64,000 bases of DNA from Salinivenus sp. (lineage in GTDB: Bacteria; Bacteroidota; Rhodothermia; Rhodothermales; Salinibacteraceae). The first letter of the stretch is position 1. Each line of letters begins with the position of its first letter. Under the pieces are notes generated by a model that did no database searches, had not been told where the DNA came from, and saw only the letters and a list, made by a program, of their open reading frames with translations. Made by a program: the position numbers and the translations under genes. Positions 1 through 11,295 of the stretch are shown here, piece by piece. The stretch spans positions 3,040 through 67,039 of the forward strand of contig JBKHEM010000001.1 in NCBI GenBank assembly GCA_046540815.1, written 5' to 3'.

Positions 1-2
1 GG

Positions 3-245
3 CCTCGCATCTTGTACCTTGATATTGAGGGACATCTCAACGAGGAGGGTCGGTTCGTCGAGGACATGGTCGAGCTGCAGCAGGAATTCTTGATCGCGGC
101 GATGGGGAAGTTTTTCACCGCGCTGGCACTGCCCATCGTGGCGGTGGTAAACCCGGAGGATCAGGTAAACGACCTGCCCGACGAGCTTGTCTTGCAGCCG
201 CCCGATGCCAAGTTGCCGGAAGAGACGAGTTGGCCGAACGAGTAG
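3..245 (+). CDS. hypothetical protein, C-terminal part (open at the window edge)
   Basis: Frame open from position 3 to the TAG at 243-245. Acidic, protein-like composition (..RILYLDIEGHLNEEGRFVEDMVELQQEF..). No family recognised. Confidence 0.6.
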   Translation, partial: PRILYLDIEGHLNEEGRFVEDMVELQQEFLIAAMGKFFTALALPIVAVVNPEDQVNDLPDELVLQPPDAKLPEETSWPNE

Positions 246-263
246 GTCCGCTCCGTAAAACGC

Positions 264-298
264 AAAAAACCGGGGGCCGAATGGCCGCCCGGTTTCTT
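264..298. terminator. probable bidirectional intrinsic terminator
   Basis: aaaaaaCCGGG-GGCC-gaat-GGCC-g-CCCGGtttctt: hairpin with an A-tract on the left and a T-rich tract on the right, between convergent genes. Confidence 0.6.
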
Positions 299-299
299 G

Positions 300-510
300 C
301 AAAGCCCCCGGTGCGAGCAGGACGCCACCCGCTCGCACCGGTTTCACCCCCTTCGGGTGAAAGTCGTAAGGCCTCCGACCCGGAGGACGGAGACCGGGAC
401 CCGTAAGTGGGCCAGTGTCAGGGTACGGCACCGGCCCCGGCTCCGCGCGGAAGCAATGGCGCAGCCAGGACGGGATGTTCGACCCGTTCGCCCGTACACC
501 GTTGACGAAT
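300..510. ncRNA. candidate structured RNA (family unknown)
   Basis: Back-to-back hairpins at 308-341 (11 bp perfect stem), 342-362, 372-386 and 397-413, with no credible ORF. Strand and ends uncertain. Confidence 0.35.
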
Positions 511-514
511 GGGG

Positions 515-2107
<1,593 letters not shown>

Positions 2108-2436
2108 AGGTTGAAGATTGGATCTAGGGGAGAGATGATTTTTCAAAACATAAGGGGCTCGCGGGCGGATTGCAGGCAAAAACCCTTAAACGGCTGTGGG
2201 GAAATTCCCGAAAGGGGTCGCGGCCCGTACGCAGCAGGGGCCAGCACGGGCCGCTGGCCTTTTGGAGCCCCCGCTGGAGGCCTGGTGGGAGAGACGTGGG
2301 GCTGCGGGGCTGGGGGCGCATAGTCCGAATGAAACGTCCTTGTTGCTTCTATGGTGTGCTGGACCCGTCCCGGTTCAGTTGATACATTACAACCTGACCA
2401 ACCCCATAGCCCCACAAAACAGCCGTCTTGCTCATT

Positions 2437-3423
2437 GTGTCTGACTCGCCGTCTCTCCGCACGCCCGCCGTTTATGCGTCCGTGCTGGCCGTCACGCTCA
2501 TTGCTGTTGCGCTCGGACTCTGGGGGCCCGCGCTGGGCGGAGCCACCGCGGTCGCCATCCTCTTCGTCGCCGTCACCGTGACGGGCATCCCGCACGGAGC
2601 CATCGACCATTTGGTGGCGGCTCGCGTCTACGACCTCCGGCCCACCTGGCGCGATCAGGCAACGTTCTACGGAGCCTATCTGGCCCTTATGGCGGCCTAC
2701 GGCGCCCTCTGGCCGGTCTTTCCAGCGGGATGCCTGATCTTCTTCCTCGGCATGACGATGTACCACTTTGGCCAGGCAGACCTCGCGTACTGGGAGGTGG
2801 CGCCCGGCCCGGCCCGGCTCTTATACGTCTCCCGCGGGCTTTTCCTGATTGGCCTACCCATCGCCGCCTTTCCCGAAATCGTGGATCCCATCTTTGAGGC
2901 CATAGGAAGCGTGCATTTGCTGGAGTGGTCGGCGGTGACGACGTACCAGACCGCCACGCTGGCCGGGCTCGTCGGGCAGCACGGCATTGCTCTCATCGCC
3001 GCCGCCATAGCGGCCCAGGTCGCACCGTGGAAGGTGGGCCGTGAGGGAGTGAATGTCGCCGTGCTCACCGCCCTGTTTGTGTGGGTCCATCCCCTAGTAG
3101 CCTTTTCTGTGTACTTTGCGCTCTGGCACTCGCTCGGCCACATCCTGGAGTTGATTCGGTTTTTCCGGGCAGAGGGCGAGTCGATGTCCCTGACGGATTT
3201 CTACCGCGAGGCGGCCCTCTTTACCGTGCTGTCGTTTGTGCTACTGGGCTTCCTTTACGCTGGGCTCCAGGCGTTTGGCGATCGCCAAGAAATGATTGCA
3301 CTTCTGTTCATCCTGATTGCTGTAATGACCCTGCCCCATATGGTCATTGTGGAGCGGATGTATCGGCAACGCGAGCAACAACTTCACTCGCCAATGTCGT
3401 CCCCTTCCCACGAATCGACTTAA
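2437..3423 (+). CDS. blh: Brp/Blh family beta-carotene 15,15'-dioxygenase (retinal synthesis)
   Basis: Polytopic membrane protein with the four His motifs GIPHGAIDH, YHFGQAD, YFALWHS, TLPHM. Start uncertain (GTG 2437). Confidence 0.9.
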   Translation: MSDSPSLRTPAVYASVLAVTLIAVALGLWGPALGGATAVAILFVAVTVTGIPHGAIDHLVAARVYDLRPTWRDQATFYGAYLALMAAYGALWPVFPAGCLIFFLGMTMYHFGQADLAYWEVAPGPARLLYVSRGLFLIGLPIAAFPEIVDPIFEAIGSVHLLEWSAVTTYQTATLAGLVGQHGIALIAAAIAAQVAPWKVGREGVNVAVLTALFVWVHPLVAFSVYFALWHSLGHILELIRFFRAEGESMSLTDFYREAALFTVLSFVLLGFLYAGLQAFGDRQEMIALLFILIAVMTLPHMVIVERMYRQREQQLHSPMSSPSHEST

Positions 3424-3427
3424 AATA

Positions 3428-3460
3428 AAAAAGCCGCCTGTCGGAAACGACAGGCGGCCC
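3428..3460 (-). terminator. intrinsic terminator
   Basis: GCCGCCTGTCG-gaaa-CGACAGGCGGC, 11 bp perfect stem preceded by an A-tract (U-tract on the minus strand). Confidence 0.8.
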
Positions 3461-3489
3461 TATGGTTCATATGAACCTAGAACGGGACT

Positions 3490-4020
3490 CTACATGTCCC
3501 CTTCGCCTTCAGGCGGCAGAAGCACTGTGTCAATCACGTGGATGACACCGTTCGAACCCTCAATGTCAGCCTCCACGACCGTCGCCTGGTTTTGGCCTTG
3601 CAGCATGACGGTACCGTCGTTCACCTGGATGCCAACGGCGGAGCCTTGGAGGGTGGTTGCCTCCTCCATATCGACAACGTCGCTAGACATGGCCTTGCCG
3701 GAGACAACGTGGTACTGAAGGACAGATCGGAGCTCGTCCTCGTTGCCCTCCTCTAGAAGGACATCAAGCGTGCTGCCTAGAGCGGCAAAGGCAGAGTCCG
3801 TAGGGGCAAACACAGTGAAGGGACCGTCGCCCTGCAGGTCCTCCACGAGGTCGGCAGCCTGGAGGGCTTCAACGAGCGTGTCAAAATCGTCGGCCTGCTG
3901 GGCCACCTCAACGATCGTTGGTTGGGCCTGCTCGCCCTGTTCCTGTGCCTGAGCCGGGACGGCCAAGAACGCCAAGAGTACAAGGGATAGGCACGCGGTA
4001 AGAAATCGGGAATAATGCAT
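3490..4020 (-). CDS. secreted fasciclin (FAS1) domain protein
   Basis: Signal peptide ending VPAQA. FAS1 motifs GPFTVFAPTDSAF, VLQYHVV and NGVIHVIDTVLLP. Confidence 0.92.
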   Translation of the reverse strand: MHYSRFLTACLSLVLLAFLAVPAQAQEQGEQAQPTIVEVAQQADDFDTLVEALQAADLVEDLQGDGPFTVFAPTDSAFAALGSTLDVLLEEGNEDELRSVLQYHVVSGKAMSSDVVDMEEATTLQGSAVGIQVNDGTVMLQGQNQATVVEADIEGSNGVIHVIDTVLLPPEGEGDM

Positions 4021-4336
4021 GGTTTGGGGCATGTGAGAAAAAGGATGTTTGAAAAGCAAAGGGTCTACGCCCCACCTCAAGGAAATATCTCGGCGAAATG
4101 CGGATCTTTCCTTCCCGTTGCACTCTTTTTCAGAATAAACGCCGGATGTGCGGCGGAAAAAGGCCGTTGGTGGAGGCGGATTGCCTCCTCTTCTGGACGT
4201 CGGCTCCATGAACCTTACTAGGCGCTTGTGTGGGCACCGGAGGGTGGGGGGCGAATAGTGAACACTGTCTCCCCCGGTGCGTAGACTCATCCACTTGCGA
4301 TATCCAACACCTTTTGCATCAAACCGACACAGCGTC

Positions 4337-4813
4337 GTGGCAGCAGCGAAAGAAGGAGACGAGGTACAGGTCCACTACACGGGGAAGCTTGAAGACGGAA
4401 CCGTGTTCGACACCTCGGAGGAGGGGGAGCCGCTCAGCTTCACCATTGGAGAGGAGCGTGTCATCCCCGGATTCGAGGAGGCCGTCACGGGCATGGAGCC
4501 CGGCGATTCGAAGACCACTGAGGTGGATCCGGAGCAGGCCTACGGGGAGCACCGCGAAGACATGGTCATGGAGATGGAAAAGGACCAGATCCCCGACGAA
4601 GTGGATCCGGAGGTCGGCCAGCAGCTCCAGCTCCGGCTTGAGAATGGTCAGACCGTGCCCGTGCTTATCACGGCGCTCGGGAACGACACGGTGACGATTG
4701 ATGCGAACCATCCCCTGGCGGGTCGAAAGCTCATCTTTGAAATTGAACTCGTAGACGTGGCGGAGGGCGAGGGCTCGGTCGGTGGCGAGGGCGGAAACAT
4801 TGTGACGCCCTAA
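4337..4813 (+). CDS. slyD: FKBP-type peptidyl-prolyl isomerase, SlyD/SlpA-like
   Basis: VQVHYTGKLEDGTVFDTS, IPGFEEA, AYG, TIDANHPLAG. No His-rich tail. Confidence 0.9.
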   Translation: MAAAKEGDEVQVHYTGKLEDGTVFDTSEEGEPLSFTIGEERVIPGFEEAVTGMEPGDSKTTEVDPEQAYGEHREDMVMEMEKDQIPDEVDPEVGQQLQLRLENGQTVPVLITALGNDTVTIDANHPLAGRKLIFEIELVDVAEGEGSVGGEGGNIVTP

Positions 4814-4860
4814 GCCGGGGGAGGCTGCGCAAAGAACCCTGCGCACACATTGGTTTTCCG

Positions 4861-4900
4861 CGCCCCTGTCCGGCTTGGCTGGGCAGGGGCGTTTGTTGTT
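4861..4900 (+). terminator. probable intrinsic terminator
   Basis: CGCCCCTGTCCGGC-ttg-GCTGGGCAGGGGCG followed by tttgttgtt. Confidence 0.6.
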
Positions 4901-5001
4901 GGGAACGCGCACCCCCGTTTCGAGAGGGCGGAGGCCGAATGTTCATTGCCCCGCCAGGCCTTTCTGTCCGATCTTCCACACAGCACGTACGGTTTGAACT
5001 C

Positions 5002-6117
5002 ATGTCCGTAGTTGAGCCTTCCCCGTCCGCCCCGGCGGACCGCAGCGCCCGCCAGTACAACTTCTCCGCCGGCCCCGCAACCCTTCCAGAGGCGGTGCTT
5101 CAGGAGGCCAAAGAGGAGCTGCCCGTGTACGATCACGTTGGGGCCTCCGTCCTGGAAATCAGCCATCGCTCGGCCGCCTACGACAAGATTGAAGCGGCTG
5201 CGCGTGAGCACCTTCGGGAACTGCTGGGACTTGACGACGACTGGCACATCCTGTTCTTGCAGGGCGGGGCGCGCATGCAGTTCTATCAGGTGCCTCTTAA
5301 TTTTCTCCCTCAGGACGGAGTGGCCGACTACGTCATCGCCGGTCGGTGGGGGAAAAAGGCGGCCCAGGAGGCGCGAAACATTGGCGGGGTGAACGTCGCC
5401 GCCTCCAGCGAGGACGACGACTTTCAGCGCGTTCCGGATCGAGCCGATTGGGATCTGAGCGAAAACGCGGCCTACGTGCACGTGACCACCAACGAGACGG
5501 TCAACGGCAACCAGATGACGGACGACCCCGTGCTCGACGTGCCGGTGGTCAACGATGCATCGAGTGAGTTTTTGAGTCGCCCGATGGACCTGGAGGGGTA
5601 CGGGCTCATCTACGCCGGGGCACAAAAGAACGTGGGTCCGGCGGGCGTGACGATTGTGCTGGTGCACGACGACTTCTTGGCCCGCCGCAAGCAGCCCCTG
5701 CCCACGATGCTCGACTACGGCACCCACGCCGAGCGGCGGTACAACACGCCGCCCGTCTACGCCATCTACATGGCGGAGAAGGTGGGTCGATGGCTTCGCT
5801 CCATCGGGGGGCTCGATGCCATTCATGCCATCAACCGGCGCAAGGCCAAGAAGCTGTACGACCGCATCGATCAGAACGACTTCTACCGGGGCACGGTGGC
5901 GCCGGACGACCGATCGATGATGAACGTGACCTTTCGGCTGCACGACCCGGACCTGGAGCCCGTCTTCCTGAAACAGGCCGAGCAGCACGGCCTGATGAGC
6001 CTGGCGGGCCATCGGTCGGTGGGGGGCATCCGGGCGTCGCTCTACAACGCCATGCCCGAGGCTGGTGTGGAGGCTCTCGTCGACTTCATGGACGCTTTTG
6101 AAGCCGCCCACGGCTGA
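5002..6117 (+). CDS. serC: phosphoserine aminotransferase
   Basis: YNFSAGPATLP, EISHRS, LQGGA, NETVNG, YAGAQKN (PLP lysine), YNTPP, GHRSVGGIRASLYNA. Confidence 0.97.
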   Translation: MSVVEPSPSAPADRSARQYNFSAGPATLPEAVLQEAKEELPVYDHVGASVLEISHRSAAYDKIEAAAREHLRELLGLDDDWHILFLQGGARMQFYQVPLNFLPQDGVADYVIAGRWGKKAAQEARNIGGVNVAASSEDDDFQRVPDRADWDLSENAAYVHVTTNETVNGNQMTDDPVLDVPVVNDASSEFLSRPMDLEGYGLIYAGAQKNVGPAGVTIVLVHDDFLARRKQPLPTMLDYGTHAERRYNTPPVYAIYMAEKVGRWLRSIGGLDAIHAINRRKAKKLYDRIDQNDFYRGTVAPDDRSMMNVTFRLHDPDLEPVFLKQAEQHGLMSLAGHRSVGGIRASLYNAMPEAGVEALVDFMDAFEAAHG

Positions 6118-6307
6118 GGGGGGCATGGCGGTGTGAACGCATCGGGGACGGGCGCGTCAGTTTGCACGCGGAGGGGCGCCTTCGTTTCTTTTCTAGTCCG
6201 ATGAGACGCAGCCGTAACGATGGGGGCAAGCGAAAAACGACAGGCCCCCCGACCGATTCACCGCACGGTGCAGTCCCCCCGATTTTCCTCACCCGTTCCC
6301 TGATGCG

Positions 6308-7465
6308 ATGGCGCTTACGATTGGCATCCCTCGAGAAACCGCGGACGGCGAGACGCGCGTGGCCCTCATCCCCGACGTAGCCGAACGCCTCCAGCAGACG
6401 ACCGACGCCGTGGAGGTGCTCGTGCAGGAAGGGGCGGGTCGCCACGCCTACCACACCGACTCCGACTACGAAGCGGCGGGATGCGCCGTGGGGGACCTCG
6501 ATTCGGTCTTTGAGGCCGACGTGATTGCCAAGGTGGCGCCGCCGTCCGAGGACGAGGTACAGCGACTCTCCGAGGGACAGGCCTATGTTGGCTTTCTCGA
6601 CTCCCTGAACCGTCCCCAGACTGCCGAGGCCCTGGCCGATCGGGGCGTCACCGCCCTGGCGATGGAACTGGTGCCCCGCATCTCGCGGGCCCAAAAAATG
6701 GACGCCCTCTCGGCCATGAGCTCCCTGGGGGGCTATCGCGCGACCATTCGCGCTGCCGAGCGGCTGCCCAAGTTCTTCCCGCTTCTGACCACGGCGGCGG
6801 GCACGATTCGTCCGGCCCGCGTGCTGGTGCTGGGGGCCGGAGTGGCCGGCCTCCAGGCCATTGCCACCGCCAAGCGACTGGGAGCAAAGGTGTTCGGGTA
6901 CGACATTCGGGAGCCGACCCGGGAGGAGGTGGAGAGCCTGGGGGCAAAATTTGTGGAGCTGGAGGTGGACATTGAGGCCGACCAGGACGAGAGCGGCTAC
7001 GCCGAAAAGCTGGAGGAAGAGAAACAAGAGCGCCAGCCGGAACTCCTGAAGCCGCACATTGCCGAGGCCGACGTGGTGATCACGACGGCGCTCATCCCCG
7101 GACAGCCCGCGCCACTGCTCATTAACGAGGCGGCCGTGGAAGCGATGGATCCGGGCTCAGTGATCGTGGACCTTGCGGCCGCCAACGGGGGGAACTGTGC
7201 CTATACCGAGGCGAACGACACGGTCCGGAAGCACGACGTGCAGATCCTCGGCCCAACCAACCTGCCGGCCGAGATGCCGGTGCATGCCAGTCAGCTGTAC
7301 GCCAAGACCATTTCTGCCATGATTGAGGCGTTTGTGGCGGACGGGGCCTTTACGCCCGACTTTGACGACGATATCTTTGCCGGGGCCTGCCTCACGCACG
7401 CCGGGAACGTGACGAACGACCGTGTTCGCGACCTCCTTGGCGTGGAGAAAGAGGAGAAGGCGTGA
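6308..7465 (+). CDS. pntAA: NAD(P) transhydrogenase alpha subunit part 1 (domain I)
   Basis: ETRVAL, PRISRAQKMDALS, VLGAGVAGLQA, ITTALIPG, GGNC. Confidence 0.95.
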   Translation: MALTIGIPRETADGETRVALIPDVAERLQQTTDAVEVLVQEGAGRHAYHTDSDYEAAGCAVGDLDSVFEADVIAKVAPPSEDEVQRLSEGQAYVGFLDSLNRPQTAEALADRGVTALAMELVPRISRAQKMDALSAMSSLGGYRATIRAAERLPKFFPLLTTAAGTIRPARVLVLGAGVAGLQAIATAKRLGAKVFGYDIREPTREEVESLGAKFVELEVDIEADQDESGYAEKLEEEKQERQPELLKPHIAEADVVITTALIPGQPAPLLINEAAVEAMDPGSVIVDLAAANGGNCAYTEANDTVRKHDVQILGPTNLPAEMPVHASQLYAKTISAMIEAFVADGAFTPDFDDDIFAGACLTHAGNVTNDRVRDLLGVEKEEKA

Positions 7466-7601
7466 CACGTGACTCGTGAAACGAAAGGAATCCTTTCCGA
7501 TCCATCCCGCATCACGACTCACGTCTTGCGCGGTGCAGCGGGTGCAAAATTGCCGCACACCGCCTCTCGATTTTTGCCTTTTGGTTTCCTGACAGACCAT
7601 C

Positions 7602-7913
7602 ATGCTCGACAACCTGATTATTTTTGTCCTGGCCGCGTTTGTTGGCACCGAAATTCTCAGCCGGGTGCCGCAGACGCTTCACACCCCCCTTATGTCGGGG
7701 GCCAACGCGATTAGTGGCATCACCATTGTGGGGGCGCTCGTGGCGGCGGGGATGACGCAGGGGCCGTGGTCCACCTGGATTGGCTTTGGGGCCGTGGTCG
7801 TGGCCACGATCAATGTGGTGGGGGGCTTCCTCGTGACCGATCGCATGCTGAAGATGTTCGGCAAGAAAAAGGCGGCGCCGGCCGCCAACCGGACAGATGG
7901 CACGCCGGGATAA
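7602..7913 (+). CDS. pntAB: NAD(P) transhydrogenase alpha subunit part 2 (membrane)
   Basis: VPQTLHTPLMSGANAISG and INVVGGFLVTDRMLKMF. Confidence 0.95.
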   Translation: MLDNLIIFVLAAFVGTEILSRVPQTLHTPLMSGANAISGITIVGALVAAGMTQGPWSTWIGFGAVVVATINVVGGFLVTDRMLKMFGKKKAAPAANRTDGTPG

Positions 7914-8033
7914 TGCGTATTCCGTATTTCGTACCGGGTCAGGCCGCAGGTCGGCCCATTTCTGCGAAATGCGGATCACGAAATACGTCGGAGAAGAGAC
8001 ATCCAAAGACATTCCCTCCACTGGGCTTTGCCT

Positions 8034-9473
8034 ATGAAAACCGCAATCATCGATCTCACGTATTTGCTCTCGGCGGTGCTTTTTATCTTCGGGTTGAAGA
8101 AGATGCAGTCGCCCGTCACCGCCCGGACCGGAAACGCGCTGGCGTCGCTGGGTATGCTCGTAGCGGTGGTGGCGACGCTGTTTCTGTATGAGATCCTGTC
8201 GTGGCCCCTCATGATTGCGGGCGTGGTGCTCGGGGGAGCCATTGGCGTGGCGCTGGCGCGCACCGTGGAAATGACGGCCATGCCGGAGCTCGTCGCGGTC
8301 TTCAATGGATTTGGGGGACTGGCGTCGGCGCTCGTGGCGGGGGCGGAGCTCGCGCAGTACGTGGGCGGCGGACGACTCGTCGACCCGGAGGGGTTCGGTG
8401 TCGTGTCGGCCCTCACCATTTCGCTGTCCGTGCTCATCGGGACGATTACGTTCTCGGGGAGCGTGGTGGCGAACGGGAAGCTGAGCGGCTGGATTACGGG
8501 AAATCCGATCTCATTTCCGGGCCTGCGGGTGCTGACGGGCCTCCTGCTGCTGGGGGCCGGCGGCGCGCTGGGGACGATGCTGGCATCGGCGCCAGGATTT
8601 CCGTCGATTGCGGAGCCGATGATTTGGGCCGCGACGGGCCTCGGGGCGGCGGCCTTTGTATTGGGCATCCTTCTCGTGATTCCCATTGGAGGGGCCGACA
8701 TGCCGGTCGTGGTGTCGCTTCTCAACTCGTACTCCGGCCTTGCCGCGGCAGCCACGGGGTTTGTGCTCGACAACACGGCGCTCATCGTGAGCGGCACGCT
8801 CGTGGGCGCGGCAGGCATGATCCTCACGGTGCTCATGTGCGACGCGATGAACCGGTCGCTCGCAAACGTGATGCTTGGCGGGTTCGGGGGCGGGGACGGA
8901 GCCACGGACGGGCTCGACGTGCCCGAAGGAAAAACCGTCAACGAAACTTCGCCGGAGGATACAGCCATCCTATCGCGCTACGCCGACAAGGTCATCATCG
9001 TCCCGGGGTACGGCCTCGCCGTGGCGCAGGCGCAGCACGAGGTGCGTGAGTTGGCCGATCGGCTGGAGGCGCAAGGCATCGACGTGAAGTACGCGATCCA
9101 TCCCGTGGCGGGGCGCATGCCGGGCCATATGAACGTGCTTCTGGCCGAGGCAAACGTGGAATACGAGAAGCTATACGAACTCGAAGACATCAACGCTGAG
9201 TTCAAGACGGCGGACCTCGCCATTGTGGTGGGCGCCAACGATGTGGTCAACCCCGCGGCGCGCGAAGATGAGGGGAGTCCCATCTACGGCATGCCCATTC
9301 TGAACGTGGATGAGTCAGAAACGGTGGTGATCATCAAGCGGAGCCTGAGCCCGGGCTACTCCGGGGTGCCGAATAATCTCTTCTACGCGGACAACGCGAA
9401 AATGCTGTTCAGTGACGCGAAGGAGGCAGTGGCGGGCATCACCGAATCGGTGAAGAAGATGGAGGAGGCGTGA
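8034..9473 (+). CDS. pntB: NAD(P) transhydrogenase beta subunit
   Basis: MTAMPELVA, IGGADMPVVVSLLNSYSG, PGYGLAVAQAQH, HPVAGRMPGHMNVLLAEA, GANDVVNP. Confidence 0.97.
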   Translation: MKTAIIDLTYLLSAVLFIFGLKKMQSPVTARTGNALASLGMLVAVVATLFLYEILSWPLMIAGVVLGGAIGVALARTVEMTAMPELVAVFNGFGGLASALVAGAELAQYVGGGRLVDPEGFGVVSALTISLSVLIGTITFSGSVVANGKLSGWITGNPISFPGLRVLTGLLLLGAGGALGTMLASAPGFPSIAEPMIWAATGLGAAAFVLGILLVIPIGGADMPVVVSLLNSYSGLAAAATGFVLDNTALIVSGTLVGAAGMILTVLMCDAMNRSLANVMLGGFGGGDGATDGLDVPEGKTVNETSPEDTAILSRYADKVIIVPGYGLAVAQAQHEVRELADRLEAQGIDVKYAIHPVAGRMPGHMNVLLAEANVEYEKLYELEDINAEFKTADLAIVVGANDVVNPAAREDEGSPIYGMPILNVDESETVVIIKRSLSPGYSGVPNNLFYADNAKMLFSDAKEAVAGITESVKKMEEA

Positions 9474-9515
9474 GGCGAGGGGCGAAGGGCGAGTGGGGCG
9501 AGAGGCGACCATAGG

Positions 9516-10262
9516 TCATGGATCCGTTGCCTGGAGCGTTTCCAGGAGGGGGCGGAGGTCGTCCCACACGTTTTCGGCCACGCGGCGGTGCCCGGCGGCG
9601 GTGGGGTGGATGCCGTCGTCCTGCATGAGGGAGTCCACCGTTGCCACGTTGCGAAGGATAAATGGACTGAGAGTGACGCGCTCGTACTGTTCGGCAATCG
9701 ACGGGTAGAGGTCGCGGAAGCGCTCGGTATAGTCGGAGCCCATGTCGGGTGGGATGCGCATGCCGGCCAGCAGCACGCGGGCGTCGGGGTAGCGGCTGAG
9801 CGTGGTGTCGATGATTGCGGTCAAGTTGTCGCGGGTGTCCGTAAGGTCCACGCCGCGCAGGCCGTCGTTGCCGCCTAGCTCCAGCACCAGCACGTCGATG
9901 GGTTGCTCCAGAAGCCAGTTGATGCGTCGCAGCCCCCCCGCGGTGGTCTCTCCACTAACCCCTGCGTTCTGTACGGTCACGTCCCAGCCCAGGGAGTCAA
10001 TTTTCTGTTGTAGTTGGGCCGGAAAGGCCTCCTCCTCCGACACCCCGCTGCCCGCCGCAATGCTGTTGCCCAGGACCAGAACGCGGACGCCCTCCTCGGC
10101 CGTTGTGTCGGGAGACGAAGGGGAGTCCGACGGTGTGGTATCTGGTGTGGCCGCGGCGGTCGTGTCGGCGGCCGGTGTGTCGGAGTTGGAACGATCGGTC
10201 TCGCAGCCCGAGAGGCACAGAACCCCGCAAAGCAGGAATAGGTATAGGCGAGCGGTCGTCAT
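9516..10262 (-). CDS. tesA: SGNH/GDSL arylesterase lipoprotein (TesA-like)
   Basis: Lipobox LSGC. SGNH blocks LGNSIAAG, NAGVSGETT, ELGGNDGLRG, DGIHP. Divergent from a YbbA-like ATPase. Confidence 0.88.
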   Translation of the reverse strand: MTTARLYLFLLCGVLCLSGCETDRSNSDTPAADTTAAATPDTTPSDSPSSPDTTAEEGVRVLVLGNSIAAGSGVSEEEAFPAQLQQKIDSLGWDVTVQNAGVSGETTAGGLRRINWLLEQPIDVLVLELGGNDGLRGVDLTDTRDNLTAIIDTTLSRYPDARVLLAGMRIPPDMGSDYTERFRDLYPSIAEQYERVTLSPFILRNVATVDSLMQDDGIHPTAAGHRRVAENVWDDLRPLLETLQATDP

Positions 10263-10375
10263 AGGAGGAGAAAAAAGGCGCAAAGCATCGACGACGGCCC
10301 AACCGAAGGCCGAACGGGAGGGTTTCCGTTCGGGGCCGTCTCCATCTACTGTACATTTCAGAGTTTTACGACCGC

Positions 10376-11089
10376 ATGGCCGATACGCCCGTTCTTAACG
10401 TTGCCCACCTCACCAAACGCTTTGACAGCGGGGGCCGCACGCTGACCGTCATCCATGACGTCTCGTTCGAGGTCGCAGGGGGCGAGACGTGTGCCATCGT
10501 GGGGCCCTCGGGCAGCGGCAAAACGACGCTGCTCGGGCTCTGCGCTGGACTCGACCGCCCCACGAGCGGATCCGTCACGCTCTGTGGAACGGACCTCGGG
10601 CCCCTGGACGAGGACGAGCGGGCCGCGGTGCGCAACCAGCACGTGGGATTTGTTTTTCAGACGTTCCGCCTGCTGCCCACCCTCACCGCCCGAGAAAACG
10701 TGATGGTCCCTGCTGAGCTCCGGGGCACGACCGACGCCCGGGGCCGGGCTGAGGCGTTGCTCGAGGAGGTGGGGCTCGGCGATCGCTTCGAGCACTATCC
10801 GTCGCAGCTCTCCGGTGGCGAACAGCAGCGCGTGGCCATGGCTCGCGCCTTCATCAACGAGCCGCGCATCCTCTTTGCCGATGAGCCGACCGGCAATCTC
10901 GACGCGGAGACGGCCGAGCGCACGGAGGACGTCCTCTTCCGCCTCAACGAGACGGCCGACACCACGCTCGTCCTCGTTACGCACGACCAGGAGCTCGCGG
11001 CCCGGACACAGCGCATCCTCCGCCTGCGCGGCGGGAAAATCGTTGGGGACGACCGACGCCCGGTGGAAGACCCGGCCGCCGTGGCGTAA
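10376..11089 (+). CDS. ABC transporter ATP-binding protein (YbbA/LolD-like)
   Basis: GPSGSGKTT, LSGGEQQRVA, LFADEPTGNLD, VTHD. Confidence 0.93.
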   Translation: MADTPVLNVAHLTKRFDSGGRTLTVIHDVSFEVAGGETCAIVGPSGSGKTTLLGLCAGLDRPTSGSVTLCGTDLGPLDEDERAAVRNQHVGFVFQTFRLLPTLTARENVMVPAELRGTTDARGRAEALLEEVGLGDRFEHYPSQLSGGEQQRVAMARAFINEPRILFADEPTGNLDAETAERTEDVLFRLNETADTTLVLVTHDQELAARTQRILRLRGGKIVGDDRRPVEDPAAVA

Positions 11090-11295
11090 CGCTCACCCTC
11101 CGGTCCGGTAGCGCATGCCCGCCGGGCCGCTGCCGCGGTCCGTACGTCACCAAGCGCGGGACTGTCGAGGTCGACGAGGCTGACGGCATTGGGGCCGGAG
11201 GGGCCGACGAACGGCCGGGGCGGGCGCTCCACCCCTCGGCTCTGGACCGGTCTGGACGGGCGCCAGGGCCGCACGGGACGCCTGGTCCCTGAGGG

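Noticed and set aside
468-500. GTTCGACCC resembling a tRNA T-loop
   Set aside because: No acceptor, D or anticodon arms can be built, so it is not a tRNA or tmRNA end.
3464-3477. Perfect palindrome GGTTCATATGAACC
   Set aside because: Lies between two 3' ends rather than at a promoter; single copy with no supporting context.
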